From assembly GCA_035485575.1 (NCBI GenBank), contig DATHNW010000008.1, forward strand, positions 18,894-82,893: DNA of 64,000 nucleotides, read 5' to 3'. This document shows, in pieces, positions 30,967 to 39,529 of this stretch. Under the pieces are notes generated by a model that ran no database searches, had not been told where the DNA came from, and was given only the letters and a program-made list of their open reading frames with translations. The DNA comes from Opitutaceae bacterium. Its GTDB lineage: Bacteria; Verrucomicrobiota; Verrucomicrobiia; Opitutales; Opitutaceae. The translations under genes were made by a program, and so were the position numbers. Within the stretch, counting starts at the first letter, position 1, and each line of letters opens with the position of its first letter.

Positions 30967-31845
30967 ATGTCGAAGATCACCCTAGGTTTGCTCCAGCACG
31001 CCTGCTCCGCCGATCCCGCGGCCAACCTGAAGAAAACCCTCGCGCTGGCCGAAAAGGCCGCGAAGAAGGGCGCCAATATCATTTGCACGCAGGAGCTGTT
31101 TCGCTCTCAGTACTTCTGCCAGAGCGAGGATCATAAAAATTTCAAACTGGCCGAGCCCGTCCCCGGCCCGAGCACCGAGGCCTTCCAAGCGCTGGCCAAA
31201 AAGCACGGCGTGGTCGTCATCGCGTCGCTCTTCGAGAAACGGGCGTCCGGCCTTTACCACAACACGGCTGCGATCATCGATGCGGATGGAAAACTTCTGG
31301 GCATCTATCGCAAGATGCACATCCCGGACGACCCGCTTTACTACGAAAAATTCTATTTCACGCCCGGCGACACCGGCTTCAAGGCGTGGAAGACGAAGTT
31401 CGGCAAGATCGGCGTCCTCGTCTGCTGGGACCAATGGTATCCCGAAGGCGCGCGGCTGACCGCGCTGCAGGGCGCAGAGATCATTTTCTACCCCACCGCG
31501 ATCGGCTGGCATCCGAAGGAAAAAAAGAAATACGGCGTGAACCAGCATGGCGCGTGGGAAGTCATCCAGCGCTCGCACGCCGTCGCCAACGGCTGCTATG
31601 TTGCCGTCACGAATCGCGTCGGCCATGAGAGGCCGGTTGGCGGCTCCGGCATCGAATTCTGGGGGCAAAGCTTTGTCGCCGGCACCAGCGGCCAGATCCT
31701 CGCGAAGGCGGGCGTCAAGAAGGAGGAAATCCTCCTCGTGCCGATTGATCTGGCGAATGTCGACGTGACGCGCACGCACTGGCCGTTTTTGCGCGACCGG
31801 CGCATCGACGCCTACGGCGACCTCACGAAGCGTTTTCGCGACTGA
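30967..31845 (+). CDS. aguB: N-carbamoylputrescine amidase (C-N hydrolase family)
   Basis: 292 aa nitrilase-fold protein (CTQELF, YRKMHIPDDP.Y.EK.YF.PG, VCWDQW.PE). Adjacent to aguA. Confidence 0.9.
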   Translation: MSKITLGLLQHACSADPAANLKKTLALAEKAAKKGANIICTQELFRSQYFCQSEDHKNFKLAEPVPGPSTEAFQALAKKHGVVVIASLFEKRASGLYHNTAAIIDADGKLLGIYRKMHIPDDPLYYEKFYFTPGDTGFKAWKTKFGKIGVLVCWDQWYPEGARLTALQGAEIIFYPTAIGWHPKEKKKYGVNQHGAWEVIQRSHAVANGCYVAVTNRVGHERPVGGSGIEFWGQSFVAGTSGQILAKAGVKKEEILLVPIDLANVDVTRTHWPFLRDRRIDAYGDLTKRFRD

Positions 31846-31848
31846 GCC

Positions 31849-32892
31849 ATGCCCGCCGCTTCCACGCCCGCCGCGCTCGGCTTCCGCATGCCCGCCGAGT
31901 GGGAGTCGCAGGCCGCCGTGTGGCTCTCCTGGCCGCATAACCTGGACACCTGGCCGCGGCATTTCCGGCCGATCCCGGCAAAATTCGCGGAAATCGTCGC
32001 GCACATCAGCCGCCGAGAAAAAGTCCGCATCAATCTCGCGCGTCCGCTGCAGAAGCGCGCCCGCTCGCTCATCAACCGGGCCGGGGCCGAGCTCGCGAAC
32101 GTCGAATTTTTCGACCATCCGACCAACGACGCCTGGTGCCGCGACCACGGCCCGATCTTCGTCAAGAACGACCGCACGGGCGAAGTCGCGCTCACCGACT
32201 GGCGCTACAACGCCTGGGGCGACAAATACCCGCCCTACGACCGCGACAACAAAATCCCGCCGCGCATTGGCGCTGCGCTCGGCCTGCGGCGCTTCGAGAA
32301 CGACATGGTGCTCGAAGGCGGCTCCCTCGACGTCAACGGCGCCGGCCTGCTCCTCACGACCGAGGCCTGCCTGCTCAACAAGAACCGCAACCCGCAGCTC
32401 ACGCGCGTGCAGATCGAGCAGAACCTCCGCGACTGGCTCGGCGTGCACACGATTCTCTGGCTCGGCGACGGCATCATCGGCGACGACACCGACGGCCACA
32501 TCGACGATCTCAGCCGCTTTTTTTCCGCCGACGGCATCGTGACCGTGGTCGAGCCGAACCGGCGCGACAAAAATCACCGGATTCTCCAGGAAAACCTCGA
32601 GCGGCTGAAGTCGTTGCGCACGACTGCCGGGAAAAAATTCAAGCTCGCCGAGCTGCCCATGCCCAAGCCGTGCTTTTGCGAAGGGCAGCAGATGCCGGCC
32701 AGCTACGCGAATTTCCTCGTGATCAATGGCGCCGTGCTCATGCCCGCTTTCCGCCAGCCGCGCCGCGACGCCGCGGCCGCCGAGGTTCTGGCCGGCTGCT
32801 TCCCCGGCCGCGAAATCGTCCCCATCGACTGCCTCGACTTGGTCTGGGGTCTGGGCACATTGCACTGCATCTCCCAACAACAACCCGCCTGA
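31849..32892 (+). CDS. aguA: agmatine deiminase
   Basis: 347 aa. Motifs F.MPAEWE, W..WPH, DAWCRD.GP and the C-terminal catalytic G.LHCI(S)QQQP. Confidence 0.92.
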   Translation: MPAASTPAALGFRMPAEWESQAAVWLSWPHNLDTWPRHFRPIPAKFAEIVAHISRREKVRINLARPLQKRARSLINRAGAELANVEFFDHPTNDAWCRDHGPIFVKNDRTGEVALTDWRYNAWGDKYPPYDRDNKIPPRIGAALGLRRFENDMVLEGGSLDVNGAGLLLTTEACLLNKNRNPQLTRVQIEQNLRDWLGVHTILWLGDGIIGDDTDGHIDDLSRFFSADGIVTVVEPNRRDKNHRILQENLERLKSLRTTAGKKFKLAELPMPKPCFCEGQQMPASYANFLVINGAVLMPAFRQPRRDAAAAEVLAGCFPGREIVPIDCLDLVWGLGTLHCISQQQPA

Positions 32893-32894
32893 TC

Positions 32895-33359
32895 ATGCGC
32901 CACGCCTTCTTTTTCGCCGTTGCCGCGGCGACCTTCCTCTTCACCGGCTGCGATTCCCTGCCGGACCGCCTGTCCACGCCCTTCAGCCGGCCGCAGCCGA
33001 AATCCCATGTTTTCGCCGCCGATGAGCGCACCACCTTTGCCGCGGCGCATGCCGCGCTGTCCGACATCGGCTTTGGCTATGCCCACGGCGGCCCGGCGCA
33101 GGGCCGGCTCGAGGCGCTGAGCGGCTTGCAGACGGGCGGTTCGGCTTCCCTGAGCAGCACGCGGCAGCTCCAGCTCGAGGCCACCTTTTCGCCCGCGCCC
33201 GACGGCGGCACGCAGGTGGATGTGGTGCTGCACGAGCAGATTGAGGACGATTCCGCCCGGAATCCCGGCCAGGGCACGTCCACAGCGCTGCCCGAATCGT
33301 CCGTTTACGACGACTTTTTCCGCGCCATCGAGCATCGGCTGGCTGCGCCACGGAGCTGA
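32895..33359 (+). CDS. hypothetical lipoprotein
   Basis: 154 aa from MRHAFFFAVAAATFLFTGC (lipobox LFTGC), 2 nt after the aguA stop. The upstream part of track ORF 32136..33359 is an out-of-frame shadow of aguA. Confidence 0.6.
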   Translation: MRHAFFFAVAAATFLFTGCDSLPDRLSTPFSRPQPKSHVFAADERTTFAAAHAALSDIGFGYAHGGPAQGRLEALSGLQTGGSASLSSTRQLQLEATFSPAPDGGTQVDVVLHEQIEDDSARNPGQGTSTALPESSVYDDFFRAIEHRLAAPRS

Positions 33360-33547
33360 TTTTTTCGCTTGCGCAGGGCGCTGGGGCGGGGGATTCTGAC
33401 CCTTCGCGGCATTTTATTGGTTAAGTCGGCGACGCCGCGTTGCTCCCGCCGGCTTTCACGTCAGTCCAACCATCAACCCACGGCCGCAGGGCCATCGCGA
33501 TGGGCCGGCGCTGCGGAGCAGGCGGTGGTCGCGTCGTGTTTCCGCAT

Positions 33548-35224
33548 ATGAGTTCAGTCATGCAAGAACTGCTCGCGCAGTCCTCCTTCGATAAATTGAA
33601 GGAAGGCGCGATCGTACCGGGCACCATCACCGAAATTCGCCAGAACGACGTTGTCGTCGACATTGGCGGCAAAGCCGAGGGCATCATCCCCGCTTCCGAA
33701 TTCCCCGACCTGGGCGAGCTGCAGGTCGGCTCCCAGATCGACGTATTCGTCGAAAAACTCGAGGACAAGGAAGGCAATCCCATCCTGTCGTTCGACAAGG
33801 CCGAACAGAAGAAAAACTGGGAAAACATCCTGGCCAAGGCCCCCGAGGGCTCTGTCGTCGCGGGCCGCGTCAAGGCCAAGGTCAAGGGCGGCCTCATTGT
33901 CAGCATCGGGGTGGACTCTTTCCTCCCCGCTTCGCACATCGACATCCAGCCGCCCAAGAACCTCGACCAATACGTCGGGCAGACCTACGACTTCAAGGTC
34001 CTCAAGATCAATCTCGAGCGCCAGAACGTGGTGCTCTCCCGCCGCGAGCTCATCGAGCAGCAGCGCACCGAGAAGCGCCGCGCGCTCCTCGACTCCATCC
34101 AGCCCGGCCAGGTCCGCAAGGGCGTGGTCAAGAACATCACCGATTTCGGCGCGTTCATCGACCTCGACGGCATGGACGGCCTTCTCCACATCACCGACAT
34201 GAGCTGGGGCCGCATCTCGCACCCGAGCGAAATGCTCAAGCAGGGCGAGGAAGTCCAGGTCATGATCATCGAGGTCAACCGCGACAAGGAACGCGTCTCC
34301 CTCGGCCTCAAGCAGACCACGAAGAACCCGTGGGATGAGATCGACCGCAAGTTCCCCGTCGGCTCGAAAGTCCACGGCAAGGTCGTCAACCTCGTCCCCT
34401 ACGGCGCGTTCATCGAGATCGAGCCCGGTGTCGAGGGCCTCGTGCACATTACCGAGATGTCCTGGACCAAGCGCATCACCAAGCCCTCCGAGCTGCTCAA
34501 GGTCGGCCAGGAGCTTGATGCGGTCGTCCTCGGCATCCAGAAGGAGGAGCAGAAGATTTCCCTCGGCCTCCGCCAGCTCGAGCCCAACCCATGGGACATG
34601 GTCCGCCACAACTACCCGATGGGCGCCCGCGTCCGCGGCAAGGTGCGCAACATGACCACCTATGGCGCTTTCATCGAACTCGAGGAAGGCATCGACGGCA
34701 TGGTCCACGTTTCCGACATGAGCTGGACCCGCAAGGTCAATCACCCGAGCGAAGTGCTCAAGAAGGGCGACGAAGTGGACGCCATCGTCCTCGACATCGA
34801 CCCGACCCAGCAGCGCATCAGCCTCGGCATGAAACAGCTCGCGGTCGACCCGTGGAGCGACATCGACAGCCACTTCAAGATCGGCGACGTCGTCACCGGC
34901 ACCGTCACCAAGATCACCTCCTTCGGCGCCTTCGTGGAGCTCAAGGACGGCATCGACGGCCTCGTGCACATCTCGCAGATCAGCGAGGACCGCATCGAGA
35001 AGATCAAGGACGTGCTCAAGGCCGGCCAGCAGGTCACCGCGCGCGTGATCAAGATCGACCGCGAGGAGCGCCGCCTCGGCCTCAGCATCAAGGCGGCCAA
35101 CTACTCGGCCGACCAGCTCGCCGCCGAAACCTCGGCCTACGACGCGCTGAACCGCCAGAGCGCTGGCGACATGATGAACCTTGGCGACATCCTCGACGAA
35201 GCCTCGAAGAAGGAAGAGTCGTAA
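33548..35224 (+). CDS. rpsA: 30S ribosomal protein S1
   Basis: About 558 aa with six S1 repeats (recurrent G.V..I..FGAF..L..G..GL.HIS.). ATG at 33548; an alternative ATG is at 33560. Confidence 0.93.
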   Translation: MSSVMQELLAQSSFDKLKEGAIVPGTITEIRQNDVVVDIGGKAEGIIPASEFPDLGELQVGSQIDVFVEKLEDKEGNPILSFDKAEQKKNWENILAKAPEGSVVAGRVKAKVKGGLIVSIGVDSFLPASHIDIQPPKNLDQYVGQTYDFKVLKINLERQNVVLSRRELIEQQRTEKRRALLDSIQPGQVRKGVVKNITDFGAFIDLDGMDGLLHITDMSWGRISHPSEMLKQGEEVQVMIIEVNRDKERVSLGLKQTTKNPWDEIDRKFPVGSKVHGKVVNLVPYGAFIEIEPGVEGLVHITEMSWTKRITKPSELLKVGQELDAVVLGIQKEEQKISLGLRQLEPNPWDMVRHNYPMGARVRGKVRNMTTYGAFIELEEGIDGMVHVSDMSWTRKVNHPSEVLKKGDEVDAIVLDIDPTQQRISLGMKQLAVDPWSDIDSHFKIGDVVTGTVTKITSFGAFVELKDGIDGLVHISQISEDRIEKIKDVLKAGQQVTARVIKIDREERRLGLSIKAANYSADQLAAETSAYDALNRQSAGDMMNLGDILDEASKKEES

Positions 35225-35255
35225 GCCGTCGCGAGACCTTCGCCAAAAAACTTCA

Positions 35256-35288
35256 AAGGCGCCCGGAATTTCCGGGCGCCTTTTTTAT
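35256..35288 (+). terminator. Rho-independent terminator of rpsA
   Basis: GGCGCCCGG-AATTT-CCGGGCGCC (35258-35280), followed by TTTTTT. Confidence 0.85.
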
Positions 35289-35336
35289 TTCAGTTATTAA
35301 ATGGAAAGGATAGGACTGGTGCTGGTCAGCAAAAAC

Positions 35337-35819
35337 ATGGCATCGTACACTGCTGAAATTTTCTGGAGCCGAGGGACGCAAGCGTTCTCTGATAATCGCT
35401 ACAGCCGGAAACACAGCTGGCGATTTGATGGCGGTGTTGAAGTAAAGGCTTCATCCTCGCCGCATGTCGTTCCGCTTCCATATTCGGCTCAAGACGCGGT
35501 CGATCCAGAAGAAGCATTTGTCGCGAGCCTTTCTAGTTGTCACATGCTTTGGTTTCTCTCGATAGCCGCCAAGAAAGGCTTTGTTGTGGACGAATATGTT
35601 GATGCGGCAATTGGCGTCATGGAAAAGAATACTCAAGGTAAGCTCGCGATGACTAAGGTCGTTTTGCATCCCAAAGTGAAGTTTTCGGGTTCATGTAGTC
35701 CGGGCAGCGTCGAGCTTTCTGCATTACACCACGCTGCACACGAAGAGTGCTTTATTGCTAATTCGGTTCTTACCGAGGTTTCGTGTGAACCTGTATTTGG
35801 TCAGCCATGTCATCGGTAG
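35337..35819 (+). CDS. OsmC/Ohr-family protein
   Basis: 160 aa from MASYTAEI. Contains the OsmC-like block ..DPEE.FVASLSSCHMLWFL... GC is visibly lower than in neighbouring genes. Confidence 0.7.
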   Translation: MASYTAEIFWSRGTQAFSDNRYSRKHSWRFDGGVEVKASSSPHVVPLPYSAQDAVDPEEAFVASLSSCHMLWFLSIAAKKGFVVDEYVDAAIGVMEKNTQGKLAMTKVVLHPKVKFSGSCSPGSVELSALHHAAHEECFIANSVLTEVSCEPVFGQPCHR

Positions 35820-35880
35820 GCATTTCTTCAACACCCGACCAAATTTCGATTGAAATGGAAGCCGCCTTTGAATTCGCAAA

Positions 35881-36119
35881 ATGAGCCCCACGATCTTCCA
35901 GTTTTGAAATTACCGCTTCTTCTTTTTCTCTCGCGAGGAGCCTCGCATTCATGTGCATGTCTTTTCGCCCGACGGGGAGGCGAAATACTGGCTGGAACCG
36001 AAGATAGAACTGGCTATCAATAAGGGTTCCGTCCGAAGGATCTCAAGGTCATCGAAGCGAAAATCAAAGAACATGAAGATGAAATCCGCAAAGCTTGGAA
36101 GAAACACTTCGGCAGCTGA
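35881..36119 (+). pseudogene. decayed DUF4160-family gene (in-frame TGA plus a 1-nt frameshift)
   Basis: My translation reads MSPTIFQF*NYRFFFFSREEPRIHVHVFSPDGEAKYWLEPKIELAINKG, with the TGA at 35905-35907. The frame then shifts near 36025-36027 into FRPKDLKVIEAKIKEHEDEIRKAWKKHFGS*. Both halves match the DUF4160 pattern (YRFFF.S.E...PHIHV...GEAKFWL.P..LA...GF...L..IE..v.e....l..aW...F). Confidence 0.7.
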
Positions 36120-36339
36120 GGTCACGCATATCTCGAAGCACGGTCTTTGGGTGCTCGTTGGCGAGAAGGAGTATCTTTTGACTTACGAGGATTTTCCCTG
36201 GTTTTCAGACGGAAAAGTTTCGGAGGTCACGAATGTCGAGCTATTGCACGGCACGCACTTGCGCTGGCCCGATCTCGATGTCGATATCGAGCTGGAATCG
36301 TTGAAATACCCCGACCGTTACCCGCTCATTTATAAATGA
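36073..36339 (+). CDS. DUF2442-family small protein
   Basis: About 88 aa. The C-terminal block FPWFSDG...EV.NVEL..G.HL.WPDLDVDIELESL..P..YPL matches DUF2442. The start is uncertain (ATG at 36073 or 36079). Track ORF 35953..36339 fuses it to the DUF4160 remnant. Confidence 0.65.
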   Translation: MKMKSAKLGRNTSAAEVTHISKHGLWVLVGEKEYLLTYEDFPWFSDGKVSEVTNVELLHGTHLRWPDLDVDIELESLKYPDRYPLIYK

Positions 36340-36340
36340 G

Positions 36341-36372
36341 AAAGGCCGACGTTTCCGTCGGCCTTTGGGTTT
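36341..36372. terminator. bidirectional hairpin terminator between DUF2442 (+) and rpoD (-)
   Basis: GGCCGACG-TTTC-CGTCGGCC (36344-36363), flanked by AAA on the left and TTTGGGTTT on the right. Confidence 0.75.
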
Positions 36373-36393
36373 AAGTTAAGAATTGCTCGGGGC

Positions 36394-37479
36394 TCAGTTG
36401 CGCCCGGCTTTTACCAGCTTCTTGCCGGTGGGCTTGGCAGCCGGTGTCTTGCTTTCGACGAATTCGCGGATGACCTCCATGCGCTTGCGCTGGCGGTCCT
36501 CCTCGTGGATGTCGTCGAGCGAGCGCTGGGCCTCATTCTTGGCCATGGCCTTGCGCATCTTCGAGAGGGCGATGTTCTGCAGCTGGCGCACGCGCTCGCG
36601 CGTGACCTTGAACTTGCGGCCGACTTCCTCGAGCGTGAGCTCGTTCTTGCCGTCGAGGCCGAAGCGCAGGCGGATGATCTCGGCCTCGCGCTTGTCGAGC
36701 GAGCCGATCATCGCATGCAGGTCGGAATTGGTGTTCTTGCCGCGCAGGCTTTCGAAGGGATTGATCGCATTCTCGTCGCCGACGATGTCGCCGAACGAGG
36801 CCGAGTCGCCTTCTTCGCCGATGGGCGCGTCGAGCGAGGTCGGGCGGACGCTGACCGACTTGAGGTGGGCGACCTTGCTGGTGGGAATCTGCAGCTCGCG
36901 CGCGAGCTCCTCGTCGGTGGGTTCGCGGCCGAACTCCTCGGTGAGGGCCATGGCGGTGCGGCGCATCTTCGAGATCTTGTCCACGAGATGGACGGGCAGG
37001 CGGATGGTCTTCGACTGGTTGGCGAGCGCGCGCTTGATGGACTGCTTGATCCACCAGGCGGCGTAGGTCGAGAGCTTGCCGCCCTTGCGCGGGTCGAAGC
37101 GCTCGACGGCCTTGATCAGGCCGATGTTGCCCTCGCTGATGAGGTCAAGCAGCGGCAGGCCGAAGTCCTTGTAGTCCATCGCGATTTTCACGACAAGGCG
37201 CAGGTTGGCCTTGATCATGTGGTCGCGCGCGGCCTTGTTGCCGCGGCGGATGCGCTTGGACAGGTCGATTTCCTCCTGGATCGTCAGGAGCGGAGTCTTG
37301 GCGATTTCCTGGAGGTAGAGCTGGAGGCTGCTGCGCTCAAGCGGGGCAGGCTCGCTGCTCGGAGCAGGCTCGGGTTTTTCCAAAAATGACGGCGGCGCAT
37401 CGAACGTCGTGGTCATCGTGGCGGCGACTGGGGCTGGGTCGACGTCATCCAACTGGCGGGTGGTGGTGGTATTGGCCAT
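36394..37479 (-). CDS. rpoD: RNA polymerase primary sigma factor (sigma-70)
   Basis: 361 aa with regions 1.2 to 4: YLQEI...PLLT, NLRLVV.IA, EGN.GL.KAVE.FD...G.K.STYA.WWI.Q, and LT.LEEVG..F.VTRERVRQ. Confidence 0.93.
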   Translation of the reverse strand: MANTTTTRQLDDVDPAPVAATMTTTFDAPPSFLEKPEPAPSSEPAPLERSSLQLYLQEIAKTPLLTIQEEIDLSKRIRRGNKAARDHMIKANLRLVVKIAMDYKDFGLPLLDLISEGNIGLIKAVERFDPRKGGKLSTYAAWWIKQSIKRALANQSKTIRLPVHLVDKISKMRRTAMALTEEFGREPTDEELARELQIPTSKVAHLKSVSVRPTSLDAPIGEEGDSASFGDIVGDENAINPFESLRGKNTNSDLHAMIGSLDKREAEIIRLRFGLDGKNELTLEEVGRKFKVTRERVRQLQNIALSKMRKAMAKNEAQRSLDDIHEEDRQRKRMEVIREFVESKTPAAKPTGKKLVKAGRN

Positions 37480-37710
37480 GGATTCGTCTTTCTTAGTTAT
37501 GGAACGGTAGCGCGGACGGTTGTTCCTGAAGTTTCATTGTATATCAGGAGTCAACCGGAGCCTGAAGTATTCCAGTTACGTAAACGAATAACTCCCTATG
37601 AAAGTAGCACGTCACCTGAATTTAACCGTGCAACTCTGGCGCAAATAGGGGTAATGCCCCGGGCGTTGCGTCACAATTGGCGCCCATTCCGGCTTAGTCA
37701 GGCCACCCGG

Positions 37711-37754
37711 AAAATCAGAGGCGGAGGGACGGGCCGCCTGCTGATTTTTTCAGA
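37711..37754 (+). terminator. orphan intrinsic-terminator-like hairpin in the rpoD-trpE spacer
   Basis: AAAATCAGAGGCGG-AGGGACGG-GCCGCCTGCTGATTTTTT. The U-tract is on the plus strand, although both flanking genes are on the minus strand. It could also act weakly for trpE. Confidence 0.45.
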
Positions 37755-37821
37755 AGCCGATTCGATCGCATAAGGACAGCCGATGGATGACCCAAGGCTT
37801 CTTAATAAACCCAAGACCGGA

Positions 37822-39303
37822 TCAGAACCGCTCGGCCATGGCCACGGCTTTGAAGAGTGCCGAGGCCTTGTTGAGCGTTTCCTGATACTCAGCCGCAGGG
37901 TCGGAGTCGGCGACGATGCCGGCGCCGGCCTGGATGTGGATTTTGCCGTCCTTGAGCAACGCCGTACGCAGCATGATGCAGGTGTCCATGTTGCCGTCGT
38001 AGCCAAAGTAGCCGAGGGCGCCGGCGTAGAAACCGCGCTGGACCGGCTCCTTCTCCGCGATGATCTGCATGGCGCGAATCTTCGGCGCGCCGCTGACGGT
38101 GCCGGCGGGAAAGGTGGCGCGCATGAGGTCGAAGGCGGTTTTTTCGGGCCGGATGCGGCTTTCGACCTGCGACACGATGTGCATGACGTGCGAGTAGCGC
38201 TCCACGACCATGAGCTCGGGCACATGGACGCTGCCGAAGGCGGAGACGCGGCCGATATCATTGCGCGCGAGATCGACCAGCATGAGATGCTCGGCGCGCT
38301 CCTTGTCGTCGGCCAGCAGCTCCTTTTCGAGCGCGACATCCTCGTCATGGGTGACTCCCCGCTTGCGGGTTCCGGCGAGGGGCCGGATTTCGACCAGGCC
38401 GTCGGTCAGGCGCACGTGCACCTCCGGCGAGGCGCCGACGATCGCGAAGTCGCCGGTGTCGAGGATGAACATGTAGGGCGACGGATTGACTGTGCGCAGC
38501 GCGCGATAGAGGTCGAGCGGCGACTTGGAGAACGGCCGGGTGAACCGTTGCGAGGGCACGACCTGGATGATGTCGCCGGCGCGGATGTATTCCTTCACGT
38601 CGTCGACCATTTTTTCGAAGGCCGGGCGGGTGAAGTTGCCGGCCGGGATTTCGATGGGTGGGGTCGCGCCGATCGCCGCTGGAGCAATCGAGCGCGGCTG
38701 CTGCAGAATGTCGAAAAGCTCGCGCAGCTCGGCCTCGGCCGCGGCACGGGCGGCGGCGGCATCGGCCTGGACGTGGGCATTGACACAGAGACGCAGGGTC
38801 TGCTTCGCGCGGTCGAAAATCAGCAGCGTGTCCGACAGCATGAAGTAGGTCAGCGGAATCTTCAGCTCGTCCTTGGGCGCGGCGGGCACGGTGGGTTCAA
38901 TGCGCGTGATGTATTCGTAGCCGATGAAGCCGACGGCGCCGCCGGTGAAGCGCGGCAGGCCAGGCACCTTGACCGGCTGATGACGGCGCAGCTCGGCCTC
39001 GATCAGCGTGAGCGGGTCGGCCGGCGTGGGCACGGTCTGCACCGGCTGGCCGGGTTCCCGGATTTCGGTCGTCTGCGGGCCGCAGGCAAAGATTTTGCGC
39101 GGACGGCAGCCGATGAAGCTGTAGCGTGAGAGGTTTTCGCCGCCTTCGACCGACTCGAGAAGATAGGCCGGGCCGTGGCCGCGCAGCTTGGCGTAGGCCG
39201 AGACGGGCGTCTCGAGGTCGGCCATCAGGTCGGCGTAGACGGGGATGACATTGCCCTGTTGGGCGAGTTTGAGAAAAGTGGAACGATCGGGAAAAATTTG
39301 CAT
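37822..39303 (-). CDS. trpE: anthranilate synthase component I
   Basis: 493 aa. Motifs LLES.EGG...RYSFIG, the chorismate-binding core G.Y.G..GY....G..D..I.IRT and GAGIVADSDP..E..E. Confidence 0.92.
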   Translation of the reverse strand: MQIFPDRSTFLKLAQQGNVIPVYADLMADLETPVSAYAKLRGHGPAYLLESVEGGENLSRYSFIGCRPRKIFACGPQTTEIREPGQPVQTVPTPADPLTLIEAELRRHQPVKVPGLPRFTGGAVGFIGYEYITRIEPTVPAAPKDELKIPLTYFMLSDTLLIFDRAKQTLRLCVNAHVQADAAAARAAAEAELRELFDILQQPRSIAPAAIGATPPIEIPAGNFTRPAFEKMVDDVKEYIRAGDIIQVVPSQRFTRPFSKSPLDLYRALRTVNPSPYMFILDTGDFAIVGASPEVHVRLTDGLVEIRPLAGTRKRGVTHDEDVALEKELLADDKERAEHLMLVDLARNDIGRVSAFGSVHVPELMVVERYSHVMHIVSQVESRIRPEKTAFDLMRATFPAGTVSGAPKIRAMQIIAEKEPVQRGFYAGALGYFGYDGNMDTCIMLRTALLKDGKIHIQAGAGIVADSDPAAEYQETLNKASALFKAVAMAERF

Positions 39304-39529
39304 GGAAAGTGAACCGTTGAGTTTTGCTGACGGAGGTTAATTCCCGGCCAAAAACGGGCCGGGCTCGCTAAAAGCTTAGCGGTTCACCATCGCCACAAGG
39401 GCGCGATGGGCGTCGGCAAAAACGGACGGGGATGGACGGATTCACTCATTCAGGCGCAAAAGGCTTGGCCAAACGGCGCAGCTTGTCCACTCCGCAGTTG
39501 TCTAGGCAAAGGGCGCCGGCGACCGGCAG

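Noticed and set aside
30982-32883. 633-aa minus-strand ORF opposite aguB/aguA
   Set aside because: It is antisense to two strongly supported genes and has low-complexity composition.
32136-32894. Upstream 253 aa of track ORF 32136..33359
   Set aside because: It is an out-of-frame overlap with aguA, Arg/Pro/Ala-rich. Only the lipoprotein part from 32895 is credible.
35953-36339. 128-aa ORF as a single gene, and the antisense 62-aa ORF 35770..35958
   Set aside because: The 128-aa ORF is an artefactual fusion of a frameshifted DUF4160 remnant with DUF2442. The 62-aa ORF lies antisense over the OsmC 3' end, the spacer and the DUF4160 5' end, and has no support.
37537-37773. 78-aa plus-strand ORF in the rpoD-trpE spacer
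   Set aside because: It has no RBS and no recognisable family. Its composition looks like non-coding spacer. The region is treated as possible RNA/regulatory sequence instead.
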